64,000 nt of DNA from Camelus ferus (lineage: Eukaryota): positions 38,442,001-38,506,000 of the forward strand of contig NC_045697.1 of the NCBI RefSeq assembly GCF_009834535.1, given 5' to 3'. The notes beneath the pieces are model-generated. The model ran no database searches. It was not told where the DNA came from and saw only the letters and a list, made by a program, of their open reading frames with translations. The position numbers and the translations under genes are program-made. Shown in pieces: positions 36,385 through 50,304 of this stretch (its first letter is position 1; every line of letters starts with the position of its first letter).

Positions 36385-37640
36385 AGTGGTGCTGGGACCA
36401 CTGGACAGTTACGTGTAAAAGAATGAAATTAGAACATTTTCTCACACCACATACAAAAATAAACTCAAAATAGATTAAAGACCTAAATTTAAGACTGGAT
36501 ACTATAAAACTCCTAGAGGAAAACATAGGCAGAACACCCTTTGATAAAAATTGCAGGAATATTTTTTTGGATCCGTCTCCCAAAATAAAGGAAATAAAAG
36601 CAAAAATAAGCAAATGGGACCTGATTAAACGTAAAAGCTTTTGTATAGCAAAGGAAACGATTGACAAAATGAAAAGACAACCTACTGAATGGTAGAAAAT
36701 ATTTGCAAATGATATGACTGACAAGGGATTACTATCCAACATATATAAAGTAACTTGTGCAACTCAACATCAAAACAAGCAAACAAACTGATTAAGAAAT
36801 GGGCAAAAGAACTGAAGAAACATTTTTCCAAAGAGGAGGTGCAGATGGCCAACAGGCACATGAAAAGATGCTCAACATTGCTAATCATCAGAAAAATGAT
36901 CTAATATGATCTAATAGGAGTGGCTTTCTTCAAAAAGAACACAAATAACAAATGTTGGCGAGGATATGGAGAAGAGAGACCCCTCGTACACCATTGGTGG
37001 GATGTAAATGGTGCAGCTGTTGTGGAAAACAATATAGGAGGTTTCTCAAAAAACTAAAAATAGAACTACCATATGACCCAGCAGTTCCACTCCTGGGTAT
37101 ATATCAAAATAAAACAAAAACACTAATTCAAAAAGATATATATCCACTCAATGTTCACAGCAGCATTATTTATAATTGCCAAAATATGGAAACAGCCTGT
37201 GTCCATCAACAGATGAATGGATAAAGAATATGTCTACAATGGAATACTACTCAACCATAAAAAATAGTGAAATTTTGCTATTTGCAACAAAGTAGATGGA
37301 CTTGGAGGGCATTATGCTAAGTGAAATAAGTCAGACAGAGGAAGACAAATACTGGATGATATCACTTATATGTGGAATCTAAAAAATACAACATCCAGTG
37401 AATATAACAAAAAAGAAGCAGACTTACAGACATAGAGAACAAACTAGTGGTTACCAGTGGGGGGGCAGGAAGGAGCAGAAATGGGGTGGGGAGGGTGGGA
37501 GGCACAAACCATTGGATATAAAATAGGCTCAAGGATGTATTGCCCAACATGATGAATATAGCCAATATTTTGTAATAACTATAAATGGAAAGTAACCTTT
37601 AAAATTGTATAAAAATTAAAAAGTTTAAAAAATAAAAAAT
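36385..37640 (+). mobile_element. L1 ORF2 3' part and 3' UTR inserted in L2
   Basis: ORF 36952..37224 contains LKKLKIELPYDPAVPLLGIY. A-rich tail. Splits the L2 end tcattcattcaataag|tttattgag. Confidence 0.92.
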
Positions 37641-37644
37641 AATT

Positions 37645-38480
37645 TTTAAAGAAGTTTATTGAGATCTTACTAAGTTCCTGGAACCTCTCTAGGTATTGGG
37701 CATACAGCAGTGGACAAGACTGACCAGTTTTCTGCTCTTGAAGTTCTTACATTCTGGTGGAAGAACAAGACAATAAACAAAGGAAAAATCTATTTAACAA
37801 GAAATCGTTGACAATGGCTCTGCAGAACTGTAGTGTTAGTTCCTATAGGGTGGTGTGATAGAGTGCCTTGGGAGGTTACTTTAGACTGTTGGTCAACATA
37901 GGCTGCTTTGAAGTGGTGACATTTTAGCTGAGGCCTGAATGACAAGGAAGCAGCCATGCGATGACATCTGGGCCCCTCAGATAGCAGGGCATCCAGTGCC
38001 CAAGCCCTAACGCAGGAAGGAGCTTTATATGTTTAAGGGACAAAAAGATGAGATCAGAGAGGTTGGTAGGGAGCAGATCATGTGAATGTGTATGTAGGTT
38101 TTTGGATAAGAAATTCGGATTAAATGCTAATTGCAATGGCAAACAATGGGAGGTGTTTGAGCAAGGGAGGGCCGTGAGCTGGTTTCTCTTTTAGAATTTC
38201 ATTGTGGACACTGTGTAAAGAATGGATTTAGGGAAGGCAAGAGCAAAAGCAGGGGTACTAAACAGGGGGCAACTGTAGAAGTCCAAGTGAGAGACTTACA
38301 GTGTCTTCTACAGAAGGGTGATAGGGGCAGGGGGTGAAGTGGGTAGATTTGGGATATATTTGGGGTGTAGAGCCCACAAGATCTGTGCGTGGCTTTGAAA
38401 TGGGAGATGAGGAAATAGAATTCAAAGATGAGTTCTAGATTTCTGGCTAAAGCAACTGCGTAAATGATGGTGAACTTTGA
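37645..38480 (-). mobile_element. L2
   Basis: tttattgagatcttactaagttcctggaacc...gtgacattttagctgaggcctgaatgac typical of antisense L2. Confidence 0.8.
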
Positions 38481-40347
38481 AGAAAGGATAGAATTTCATA
38501 TATGGAAGTAGGAATAGATATAACTTATGGGGTAGGCTTTTAAGATTTGGTAAAAATCAAAAGCTCCTTCTCAGGGTTCCAAGAACAGAGGACATAGCAT
38601 TCTATTCAATAAAATTTTTAGAAACGTTTTAAATGTATAGTTTTTTTTCTGCATGATGGCCTGTCAGGAGCAATGAAACAGGAAGGTTGGGGAAAAGAAG
38701 AAAGAGTGGAAAATAGAAACAAGAGGAATAGGTAAGTCAGAGAGAAAGACAGAGATGGAGAGATACAGAAAGAAAAACTACAGACTAAAGAGGCAGATGC
38801 TCAGAATTAGAGACATGAAGGACACGCGTTCCTATGCAGGTTCTGCTTTCTCCTGCTTCTATACTCAGAGCCAAAGACGGATGCTGGAGGCAGTTGTAAG
38901 GAGGTCAGAATAGTTTTTCCTTGTTGTAATTAACTGTAGAAGTGATACCAAGATACCGACCAAAAGCAAATGAGACCAGATCTTTTTCAGAAGTAGGAAA
39001 ATTGCCTTTCTTTCATTCTTTGTTATTATTAGAAAGGATCTTGGACCCTGAATGTTTCCAGGATAAAAATGTTTTTTACAGTTTGTTACTAGGTAAGCAG
39101 CGGATTAAATAATGGCCTGAAAAATGTATCATTGGCAGTGAACAATTAATTCATTTATTAAAGACAAGGGGCTCCCCAAAAGAGTTCTTTCTCCTTAGTG
39201 GACAAAGTGAAAAATTAACTGTCAATTGACAGGTTAAGTTGAGCTGCAGGAGTAAACACATAAACACATACACAGTAAATACATGCATACGTTCTGTCCC
39301 CTACCCTGTCATACCATACCATACCCAAGCCCACCTACATTTCTTGATGCAATAAATAGGCTCAATTTAGAATAGAAAAACACTTGGAGTTTTTTTGTTT
39401 GATTATTGTAAGTAGGATCTATATCCATCCTAGATTCATTGTGAATTTTCTTAAAAATTGATTATTGGTTAAAAATGTGTTTACTAGAAATCCACAAGGA
39501 CCTACAAATGAATCAGTTCAATGGGGAGCTATAAGGAACAAGATATTTGACGTGTGTAATTAGAAGCATGCTAGGGTACTGTAAGGACAGGTGGGTTATC
39601 CGCTTCACCCCAAAAGACCAGTGAAAGTACCACAAATAATAAAAGTAACTGGGAGAGTTCAGGGGCCATGGAACTACATTGGGCTGAGGATTTTTCTTTT
39701 TATCCCTCTCCTCACCTCCTTCCCTCTTTCCTTCTCTCCGTCTTTCCTTCTTTTTTTCTCTTGAATTTTTGTATTTTCCTAAGATGACATGAAAAGAACA
39801 CTCAGGTAAGTCATTATACTTGGGTTCTATTATTTATGATTATGTCCTAGTATTTTCGTGAAAAAAATTGGGCTTGATTCTAAAATTTAACATTCAGAAG
39901 TAATACTCAGTATGAAATTTGCATTTCTCCTTTTGTCCCGGCTTCTTGGTTTTTAGGACATTTATGATGATGTTTATCATATTGTTCCTGTCGGGTCAGC
40001 TCTGCCCGGCTCCGGGACAGAATGAAGCCAGGGGCACTAAGAAATGTCTGATGAGATGACTGGGGATGTGTTGTGATTTATAAAGACAGATAAATTATCA
40101 CTACCCTTTCTTAGTAATGGTAGTAAATAACTGCCCCCAGCGGAGTTGTTTATGAATGGCCATGCAGGACAGAGAGGTAAAACGGAAAATCATCTGGTTA
40201 GTTGGAAAGATTTATGCAGGGCTTATTACCATATAAATTTTCTTTGGGCATTTCAAGGTGAGTTTTGATCATTACACATTATTCATCAAAGGTTAGGTAA
40301 ATGAATTACATAGGAAACTGTTTTAAGTATTAAAAGAGATATTCTTG

Positions 40348-40430
40348 CGGGGTTGGATATAGCTTAGTCATAGAGTGCATGCTTGGCATGCATGCGGTCC
40401 TGGAATACCTCCATTAAAGGAAAAAAAGAG
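40348..40430 (+). mobile_element. Degenerate tRNA-derived SINE (Vic-1-like)
   Basis: gatatagcttagtcatagagtgcatgcttggcatgcatgcggtcctgg...tacctccattaaa. Confidence 0.8.
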
Positions 40431-41010
40431 AGAGAGGGACATTTTGACCTGGGTCACCACTTAAGCCACATGAAAATCTCTTGGCATGGCCTTCACTACA
40501 GGTGGTGTGATTGTCACAGAACTTCACAGTTTGGTTTAATGCGTGGCTTTGAGTGGAGTGCTAGTGCCTGGCCAAGAACAAACCATACTCCCTGACAGAC
40601 CTTCTCTGCAAACGTTCCTATCCAGGTGACAGAGATGAGAATAGATTTCAGGAGGCATCTTAGGAGGAAAAGGTGAATGCAGAAAAGGCAAATCTGAGGA
40701 ATGTGTGTTGTCCATCACTAAATATTTCCCTCCCATTTCACATTTCTCAGCCAGGAGTCCTTAAAAAATTTGTAGTAGAATCTTTTATTTTAACGTTTAT
40801 GTACGTGGCTCTCTCAGAGACCTTAACGATTCCCCCTTTTTATTTTCAAGTGGGAATTAATACAAGTCTGTTTGGCTGACAGTCCTATTAGCTCTGCAGG
40901 GTGTGGTTGGGAGAGTGGGAGTCTAGGATTCTTGTGGAAGTTCTCCTGCAAAACAGGTGTGTGGCTTCAAGAAAGTCTGCCCTCCTGGGCACCAAAGTCT
41001 TCATCTACAC

Positions 41011-41214
41011 CAGGGGAAGAAGTTTTCCTGTAATGGACCAGGAAGTAAATATTTTAGGCTTCCCAGGCTGAGTGTGGTATCTGTTGAGATTCTGCTTTGG
41101 TTTTATTTGTCTTTTATAACCCTTAAAAAAATATAAAAAACATTCTTAGCTCGTAGGCCACACGTAAGCAGGGTGTGGGCTGATTTGGCCCCTCTGTCTT
41201 AGTTTGCCCACCCC
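41011..41214 (+). mobile_element. MER58-like (hAT-Charlie)
   Basis: cagggg...ttttcctgtaatggaccaggaagtaaatattttaggct...tagtttgcccacccc. Confidence 0.75.
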
Positions 41215-42689
41215 AAACTATATAAAGGAGAAAAGGAGGAGAAAAAAGTAAAACAGTTGTTTAGATATAAGACTCCAAGGAACATCAAACTGAAGAGTAG
41301 ATTCTGGAGGCAAGGGGTTTTATTTGCTTGTTTTTGTTTTATTTTAAATATTATGTATTTATTCATGATATAGCTTCTCTTTTGTAATTTTCTCGGTTTT
41401 AAATTTGATTTCACTTCTCAGTCCTGTTTTTCAACTTTCCAAGCATATTACTGTTTACCCTTTGTCGCACTCCCCCAAATTTCTTACTGCATACAAATTG
41501 CCTAGAGAAGCAAACTAGTTAGAGGAATGGCTTTCTTTACAGATGGAGATGTGACCTTTCTTTTACAAAAAGGCAAGCAGCCATTTTATTGCCCTCAAGC
41601 AAAGAAATGAGTATTAAGTAGGCCTGACCCCAGCAACTCTGAATTCTGGAAAGGAGCTGCCAGGAGGGAACAGGGAATGGCAGGAGGAGGCGGCAGGAGT
41701 GAATGTTAAAAAATGCCCCAGTCCTTCCTTTCTGATAGAGTTCTGATAGAGTCCTGTTACTCACACTTAACCAGCAGTCCAGGGTTCTAGTTAAAAGTGT
41801 CCCCTTAGTTCATGTTGGCAGGTGCTGGCTTTTTGGTTTCCTGGAGGACAAGACCCAGAAGAGGGCGCAATGAGCCACACCCCCAAACTCCCCCACTTTC
41901 CCTCTACCTCTTCCCCCACCCATACACCCCAGTCCAGGGCCCCCTCCTGTTTTCTCCTCTTAACCTGATTTCCACGGCAGTCGGGAACTGTCCAGCCACA
42001 TCACTTTCCCGGCACAGCCCAGAGAGTTTCTTGCAGCTTCCTCCACTGTTGCATTGGTGGGGCAGTTGGTGAGGAGGCCCAGCCCCCATTCATGCCATGG
42101 GGTCTGATTATGACCTTGGGGTTTTGATTCCAGAACCACTCTGAACACTTTCCTCCTGTCCTCGGGCAGGCACATTTGAAAAAGAAGTCTACACTCCATG
42201 TTTTCACCTTCTATTCACTTGTTCATCTCAGTAATTTGGTAATAGTTCCCCCCAACTCTCCAAAAATGCACTATCTGCCCTTTTTTCTTTCGGAAGAGTC
42301 ACTAGTGGTTTTGGCTTTGATGCATGGAATGGACACTCTTTCAGTCCTTCCCGAACTGAGCATCTTTGTTGCAGAGACACTGTTGGCCACTGATGCACTG
42401 AGATACCTTATTACCAGGTTGCTTGGCTCCTTCTCATGCTTCTCTGCCCCTTCTCATGCAGTCTCCGGTCTTGGCTCGCTCTCTGCCCACCGCTTTAGTG
42501 TTGTGGTTTCCCTCCCCTGGGTGCTTTTCAAAACTGTCTTCCCCTACATGCTTTCTTGAGCTGGTTTTGTTCATTCTTGAGGTGTTGACTATCGCCTCCA
42601 TGTTTGTGGCTCTGCCAAAAGTGCATCTCCACTCCAGCCTTTCCTCCTCAACCTCACACTCCTTTATCCAGATGCCTGCTGGATGAACT

Positions 42690-43430
42690 AGTTAAACTCC
42701 CCACAGACATCACAAAATTCAGTCTATGCAAAACTAACTTCAATACCATCTCCCCAAAACTGGAAGCTCTTCTTTTGTTCCCCGTCTCCATCAACCAAGT
42801 CACCCAAGCCAGAAGCATGAACATCCTCCTAGATCTTGAAGTTTCTCCTTTGTCTACTCCCTTCCTACCCAATCACTTAGCAAGTTCTGCTGAATTTGTC
42901 TCGCCACTGCCTCTCCTCTGTATCCCTCCTCCTCTGCCACCAGTCACTAATTCGAGCCCTCGTCACCTCTCTCTGCTTTCGTTTTTTCTAGTTTTGTCCT
43001 CCATAAATTCATCCTTCCCTCTGTAGCCATATCTAAAATTCACACCTCTTACCACATCACATCTTTAGCAGCAACCCATCATCTGCAGAATGAAACCCCA
43101 CTTCCTTAGGTACCTCCATGGTCTGGCTCCTCCTCCTCTCCAGACCCAGTTCCTGACGTTCTTTGTCCACTTTACCCTCTAGTAATACCACCTTTGCAGA
43201 CTTCTAGGAGCAGTCCATGCTCTTTCATGCTTCTATGCCTCTTCTTGTGCTGTTCCTTTTCATGGACTTCAAAACTCAGCTCACATTTGATCCCACACAT
43301 TGTGCATCCCTCTGTCACCACCTTTGTTGCAGTTATTTGTTGATACCAATGTCTCCCTTATGGACTGTGCTCTCTTCTAAGATAGAAGAGTCTTGTTTGT
43401 TTCTCACTGAATCCCAAACCCTCCCTCTCA
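42690..43430 (+). mobile_element. L2 fragment
   Basis: Pyrimidine-rich L2-like text (caagtcacccaagccagaa, tgcagaatgaaaccccacttcctt). Confidence 0.6.
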
Positions 43431-43689
43431 GTGAATACTCATGATAACCCTGTGCAGTTGACATTATTATACTCATTCTATGGATGAGGAAACTAAAGCT
43501 CAAAAGAAGCTAAATAAACATCTTCCTAAATGTCATGTAGGTAGTGTAGCAGGCGAGCTGGGATTTTGTTAGTATTTACACATGCTAGTCATACATCCAG
43601 AGTAAAGCAATAACTTGCAGTTGTAAATTTAAGAAATACTCACTTTACCACTATTTACCTGTGAGTTTTGAGGCAGTAGAAAGAACAGT

Positions 43690-44028
43690 AGAGAGAGGAC
43701 GGGGAATTGGATGAAGGCAGTCAAGAGGTACCGACTTCTAGTTATAAGATAAATTAAGTGCTAGGGGTATCATGTACAACATGATAAATATTAACACTGC
43801 TCTATGTTATATATGAAAGTTAAGAGAATAAATCCCAAGAGTTCTCAATATAAGGGAAAAAAATTTTTTTCTATGTCTTTAACTTTGTATCTATATGAGA
43901 TGATGGATATTCATTAAACTTATTGTAATCGTTTTATAATGTGCATAAGTCAAATCTTTGGACCATACACCTTAAACTGATAAAAGTGCTATACGTCAAT
44001 TATATCTCAATAAAACTGGAAGGAAAAA
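43690..44028 (+). mobile_element. L1 3' UTR (L1MA-type) inserted in a MIR
   Basis: acttctagttataagataaa...caattatatctcaataaaactgg. TSD aaagaaca(g/a)t. Confidence 0.8.
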
Positions 44029-45114
44029 AGAACAATGGGTTTGGTGTCAAAGGCCTAGGTTGAAGTATTGTCTCAGCCATTTCTAACCAAATGGACTGAT
44101 GCCAAGTTACTTCCTCCCTCGGAGCCTTTACTGAAACCATATACTGCATGTGGAGGTGCTTTGTAGGGGTCATGCAAATAGGACTTATTACTTAGTTTTT
44201 ATTTGAGTTTACGTATGTGGGTGCACCTCAGAGACCAGATGCTGGCAAATTATTTTCATTGTTTCACAGTAATACAATCTCAAATTCTTTATAGAGATCG
44301 TTTCCTTTAGTTTTGAGTAGATTAATTAATACTTAGAATCTCCAGTAAAGTGCGCCACGTAGAACGCCCTGCAGAAGTCTAGGAGTACAAACGTACGTGT
44401 CTTGAAAAGTGCATACCTCAACTCCGAAGCGGGATTGTGTGTGCCAGCTAAATTGGGTCACGTTCTCAGTGAAAGGAGCTTGTATTGCTCCAGACACAGG
44501 GCTTCTTAGCCTTCTTTTTGTTAAGCTGCAAACACGATGCTTCTCTCTCCCTCACTGCTCCGTTGCTGCTTTTGTTACCCGAGGGTTCACTTTGCAGGTT
44601 TTTTTTCTGACCCCTATCACTTTTCTTGATAGGATGTCTGCTGTTAAGCTGCTGCCCATGGGCTCCACTTCCTGTAGGGAAGCTAGCTAGAGCATACAGG
44701 AGTCCTTCAGACAGTGTAGCTTTGGGGAGGGTATTATAGGATGTTGTGGTCTGCAGCATTGGATTCCCAGTTGAGTTGCTCCAGGTGCCCACTTATAAAG
44801 GAGGAGGATTTATTTCATTGGCTGATAGAATTTCAAGCTATCATTAATTTGTATAAAAAGTTTTTAATGAGGAGTTTTAAATTTACTCTATGTCTTCACC
44901 TTAAATTTTCCTTTTAAAGTAGTTTCATTTAAACAGATACGTTGAAAGGCACCTATGTGCTAAGAAACTGCTGGTGAGGAGATACAGACCAGGAGGGACT
45001 CATATTCTGCCTTCCTTGAGTTTACGGCATACTCTGAAAGGTAAACTTTAAATAAGTGGTTACACTTATGTGTGATGAATATAGTGAGAGGGGAAATGCA
45101 GGATTTAGGGGAGC

Positions 45115-45588
45115 TGTGGTGGACTTCAGTGGATTTGTCTGCCTGGCACCCCTTTCCTAAGAATCACCCCTTATACCCAACCATCCACGTGGTTATTACG
45201 AATGGAACCAAAGCTGAAGTCACAGTTGATTGGTTCAAAGGTGAGCACCTGTCACTGGGCCAATGACTATTCTCCCCCAGGAATTTTGGAAATGGAACAG
45301 AGGCAGGAAGGCCAAGGAGTTTCTGGGTGTCTAAACAGTAATGTGAATGCAATGGGAACTTTCAGGGTCACCATAAGGCCTGGATGAGGGGAGGAGGCCA
45401 TAGGAAGAGAATGGGAGGAAGTGAATCCAATACTCAGAGATGTGGATACCAGAGATGGAGAGAAAGTTACATCTCCATGAGATCCAGTCAGAGTTCCCAG
45501 AATCTTTACTATACATTTCCCTTTTTTGCTTAAGGTAGTTTGGGTTGAATTTCTCTTGGATGACACCAGCGCAGTCTTTTCTAATACA
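45115..45588 (+). mobile_element. Old ERVL/MaLR solo LTR
   Basis: TG start. 3' end ttcccttttttgcttaaggtagtttgggttgaatttc...ctaataca is typical of MLT1/ERVL LTRs. Confidence 0.65.
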
Positions 45589-46483
45589 GACACGTGTAGC
45601 CCCAGGACCTAACCCAAATCAAGGAATCAGGGAAAGCCACTTACAACATATTTTTACACAGTGTTGTCATTGTTGGTTAGATTCCCAGGATAACCCACAC
45701 AGGATCATCTAACCCATATAGTGTAGCTGGAATTGATTTCTGTTTCTCCTTAGAATGGATTCGTTCATTCATATTGAAGGCCTGCTGTGTTCCAGGAATT
45801 ATACCAGGACCTGGGGAAGTAAAGTGATCACAGGGCACTGGGCCTTGGAGGAGCTTTTGCTCTTTGCTAAACCACCTGCTGACACTGTCTTGTGCACTGT
45901 TGTCTCCTCCTAGGTTTTGGTTACATTATGGGTTAAGTAGACTTTGGTGGGCTAGTCCGGGAAACTGACCTCCATATGACATTGTTTCTATGGTAAATGC
46001 ATTTCCCATTTGATGGGAAGAATTTATACCCTTTGGCTATAGCAGTTCATAATGCAGCAAATATTTTTTGAATACCTTCTATGTGTTGGATAGCATTCCA
46101 AGCTTTGGAAACAGTGATGAAAGACATGGAAAAGGCTCGGCTGTCATGAAACTTAAATGTTACTTGGGGGAGGTGGGCAATAAACAGTGGACAAATAAAT
46201 GAACAGATAATTTAGCCAGCAATACGCGCCATGAAGAAAAGTAAAAGAGGATATGGTGGAGGAGGGTGACTGGGGTGGAGTGGAGAGCGACTTTGGGGTC
46301 AGGAAAGGCATCACTCAAGAAGGAACTTTTCAGATGAGAGACACCTGACCCAGGGAAAGAAGGGAACATGGTACTTCCAGGAACATGCCTGTCCATTCCA
46401 CCAGCTGTGAGATGGAGAAGACTTACCAGTCTTGGGCCCTGAGGGATGGCCTCTTTGCTTATGGGAGTCAGAGTGGTATAGAC

Positions 46484-46795
46484 CTGGGCTGTCCCAGTGC
46501 CAAGACCACTAGCCACAGTTGACTTTCAAGCACTGAACAGGGCTAGTCCAAATCAAAATGTTCTCTTCGTGTAAAATATATGCTGGATTCCGAAGACTTA
46601 GTATAAAAAAAGACTGTAGATATTTTCAGTAATTTTTATATTGATTGCACGATGAATTGAGAACATTTTGACATATTTGTTATATAAAATATATAATTAA
46701 AATAAAATTTTACTAATTGCTATTTACTCTTTTAACGTGACTGCTGGAAGATTAAACATTGCTTCCATGGCTCGTGTTACGTTTCTGTTGTGGTG
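46484..46795 (+). mobile_element. MER33 (second copy)
   Basis: Collinear similarity to 11693-12012 (ccactagccac, gctagtccaaat, gattccgaagacttagta). Confidence 0.75.
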
Positions 46796-49700
46796 GTGTG
46801 TGTGCTGTGTGGATATGCAGTTTTTTAGACTCAGACTGATGGGGGTTTGAGTACCTGAGGATTTTGTTGTAGTTTCTGTCCTTGTTTTGGACAATTTATT
46901 TGATTCTCCTCTGTCCTGTTTCATCTATCAAATGGGGCTAATAGTACTATATTGTAGGGTTGTTTTGAGGGTTAAATCGGATTTGGTAGAGTGCCCACTG
47001 TGTACTAGGCCCTGGGAAATCACACTCGCTGCTAATTTACAAATGTTTGTTTCCTTCCCTCACTTTCTGATGTGACACAAGTTAGTCATACGTGCCCGTG
47101 GGTATTTGGGGATATGTTTGGAACTCAGAGAGTGACTGTGTTGAGAAATTGCTATGTAGGTTCTTTACACTATTTTAATTTTTGGGTTTTTTTTATTTTT
47201 GCCTTGTTCTTTTCATATGAGGTTTCTGAGGTCTTTATTGTATGATGAAAATAATTACTCCCATTTTACAAGTAAAGAGATTACGTTATATCCGGAGTGG
47301 CCCCAGGGAGTTTGCTAGGCACGTTGAGCCTGGCCTTATGTTTCCTGCAACCTGGCCAACTTCCCTTCTCTTAAATGTTGTAGTCTTTCTCCACAAGGTA
47401 GGTGAGTCCTTCCGCTGCAAACCCTGAATAGGAATTCTGGTGCCAGGTTCCAGGCCAGAGTGATGCCTTATCTTCTGAAGGTTTTTGATACTCTTGTTCT
47501 ACAGAAGTGACAATATCAGAATTCTGAAGACCTTATTTATGCTTCAAGAGGTCAGGTAACCAGAGACCCTTCTGGCCTAATGCCATTTTAGATAGCGATT
47601 AGTTGGAAGAAAATGCTGATGCTTTTTTTTTTTGGCAGAAACACAAGGGTCTTCCCTTCCCCGGTGGTCTCTGTTTCCCTGCCAGTAATGTACGCACCGT
47701 GGCTGGAAGTTCCTAGGCTTCAAGTTGGGACCCTGGTAGTCGTGATAATTGAGGTTATCAATGACCAAAGTCATTTGGTTTGAATAAGGACACCTTAAAA
47801 TGACATTATTTGGAGGACTGAATTTGGCTCCTTGTTAATAAGATAGTCACCAGGAGTTGATGGCATAGTATGGAAACGTTTGCTTAAATCTTAGTTCAAT
47901 GCAGGTAATAGTTATTGAGTCCAATGTCAGAAAAATAGTTTGCTGCTTTATTAGATGACTGAGGGATTTGAAAATTGTATTTGAAAGAGAAACTATTTGA
48001 AATGAAGTGAAAGCTAGATTGGTTTACATGTATCTTTTCTTGCAATAACTACTTGTTACTTTTAAATTTTTGCATCTCAAGGAGCTTTCTCCTTCTTCCC
48101 TAAGGAGTCACAATAGTATTTGCAACTCTATTCTATTGACTCCTGTAGTCTTTTAATTGGAAATGTAAGCATAAGACAATATGGAAGGAATTTCTATAAT
48201 GACTTTATATATATATTCCATAACTCCATATACATTTGTCTATATATATTTAACAGAATTATCTACTAGAAATCTTTTAAAAAATTACATTTCTTGTAAT
48301 AAAAAAATATAATTTATTTTGGATACCGATTTATACATCCACCAGAAAAGTATGAGAGTTACAATTTATCTACATCCTTAGCACCACTTGCTATTGGCAG
48401 ATAGCTTGGTTTTTGCCCATTTCACAAGTGTAAAATGGTATTTCATGTTTGTTTCAGTCTGCATTTTCCAATCAGCAGTGCAGTTGAGCATCTTTTCTTA
48501 GAATTATTGACCTGTTGAACCTCCTTTCTCTGAGTTGCCTCATCATCAGGGTTGTCCATTCTTCAATTGTTGCATTTTTTTTCTTTCCACCTTTAAGGAA
48601 GTCTTTATATATTTTGAATCTTCTCTCCATCTCTTTGTTGTCTTTTAGCTTTATTTATGTCATCTTCAGTCAGGAAAAAGTAAAGCAACTTATCGGTTCC
48701 CTCCTTTAATATTTGTACTGTTTGTTTCTTTTTAAAGAACTGGCATAAAGTTATATCTGAGTCAAGAAAGATTTTGTAAATAAGACATTAAAATGCATAG
48801 GAAATTTTTAAAAGAGTGATAAATTAGACTATATCAAAATTTAAAACAATATAATATATCGTTTAAATCATATGTTCATCATACCTTCATTCATTCAACA
48901 ATTATTTATTGCCTACAGTATGCAAGGAATTCTTCTGGGCTCTGACAATATCTGTGTAGAAAAAAATTCCTGCTCTCCTGCACTGACATTTTAGTGAAGG
49001 AAACAGACAATAAACTAAAAATAAGAACATGCAGTATATCCGTACCATCAGTACCGCTATGGATAAATATCGATGACCTCCACAGAGAACAGTCAGGGAA
49101 AGGAAATAGTGTTACAGTTATAAATAGAATTGTTAGGGAGGCCTCACTCAGGAGGTGGTATTTGAGCAAAGACCTGAAGAAACCGAGGTGGGAGCCTATG
49201 GTTATAGTGGGCAAGAATGAACCAGGCTGAAGACAGAGCACGTGGAAAGGCTCTGGGGTGGGAATGTGCCTGGCTTGTTCAAGGAGCAAGATAATGTGTC
49301 TGGAATGGAGTGAGCTGGGGGAAGAGTAGTGGGAGATAAGGTAACCTGATACCCTTGTGCAAGGCCTTGTAGGTCATTTTAAAGACTTTGGCTTTTATCT
49401 CAGAGGGATGGAAAGTCATTGGAGGATTATGACAGAGGAGTGATAGAAACTAACTTATCAGGATCACTCTGACATCTGTGTGGAGAGTAACAGTGAGGGG
49501 GAGACCCAGTGGGAAACCCTTGCGCATCTCATTGAGAGATGATGGTGTTAGCTATGGAGTAGTGAGAAATGGTCGGATTTTAGATATAGTTTTATATGTT
49601 TCATATTTTTCAAAGGTGGAACAAACAGAATTTGATGTTATTTTGGACGTGGGAGATGAAAGAGAAGAGTCAAGGATGGCACCAAGTTTTCTGTCTGAGC

Positions 49701-50304
49701 CATTGGAAGGATGGGCTTGCTAATTACGAAGATGAGGAAAGGCTGTAGAAGGAGCATGTTCGGAGGGGAAGAGCAGAGGTTCAGTTTTGGTTATAATATG
49801 TAGAGATGCCTGTTAGACATTCAAGTAGAGATGTAGACGAGGCAAAGGAATACATGTGGTGGAGTTCAGAGGAGAGATCTGGGCAGAATTACAAATTTGG
49901 AAAGCATCAATATATAGTTGATATTTAAAGCTATGAGACTATATGATGTAACCCAGAGAGTAGGTTTAAATTACAAAAAGAAGAGGTTCAAGGACTGAGT
50001 CCTAAAGCACTTCAGTGTTTAAAGGCTTGGAAGGACTCAACAGAGACTGAGAAAGTCTCCAGTGAGGTAGTGATGGTGAAGTTCTAAAACCAACAGAGGA
50101 CAGTGTTTCAAGAAAGGAGGAAACCACCCACAGCCTCTAGCACTGCTGAGAGGTCAAGGAGGATGAGGACCGTGAACTGACCACCAGATTATTGGTGACA
50201 AAAACAAGAGCAGTTCAGTGGAATGGTGGTGGAGACAGACTGACTGGAATAGGTTTAAGGGGTAACAAAAGGAGTTGAATTAGAGACAGCAAATAGAAAC
50301 AACT

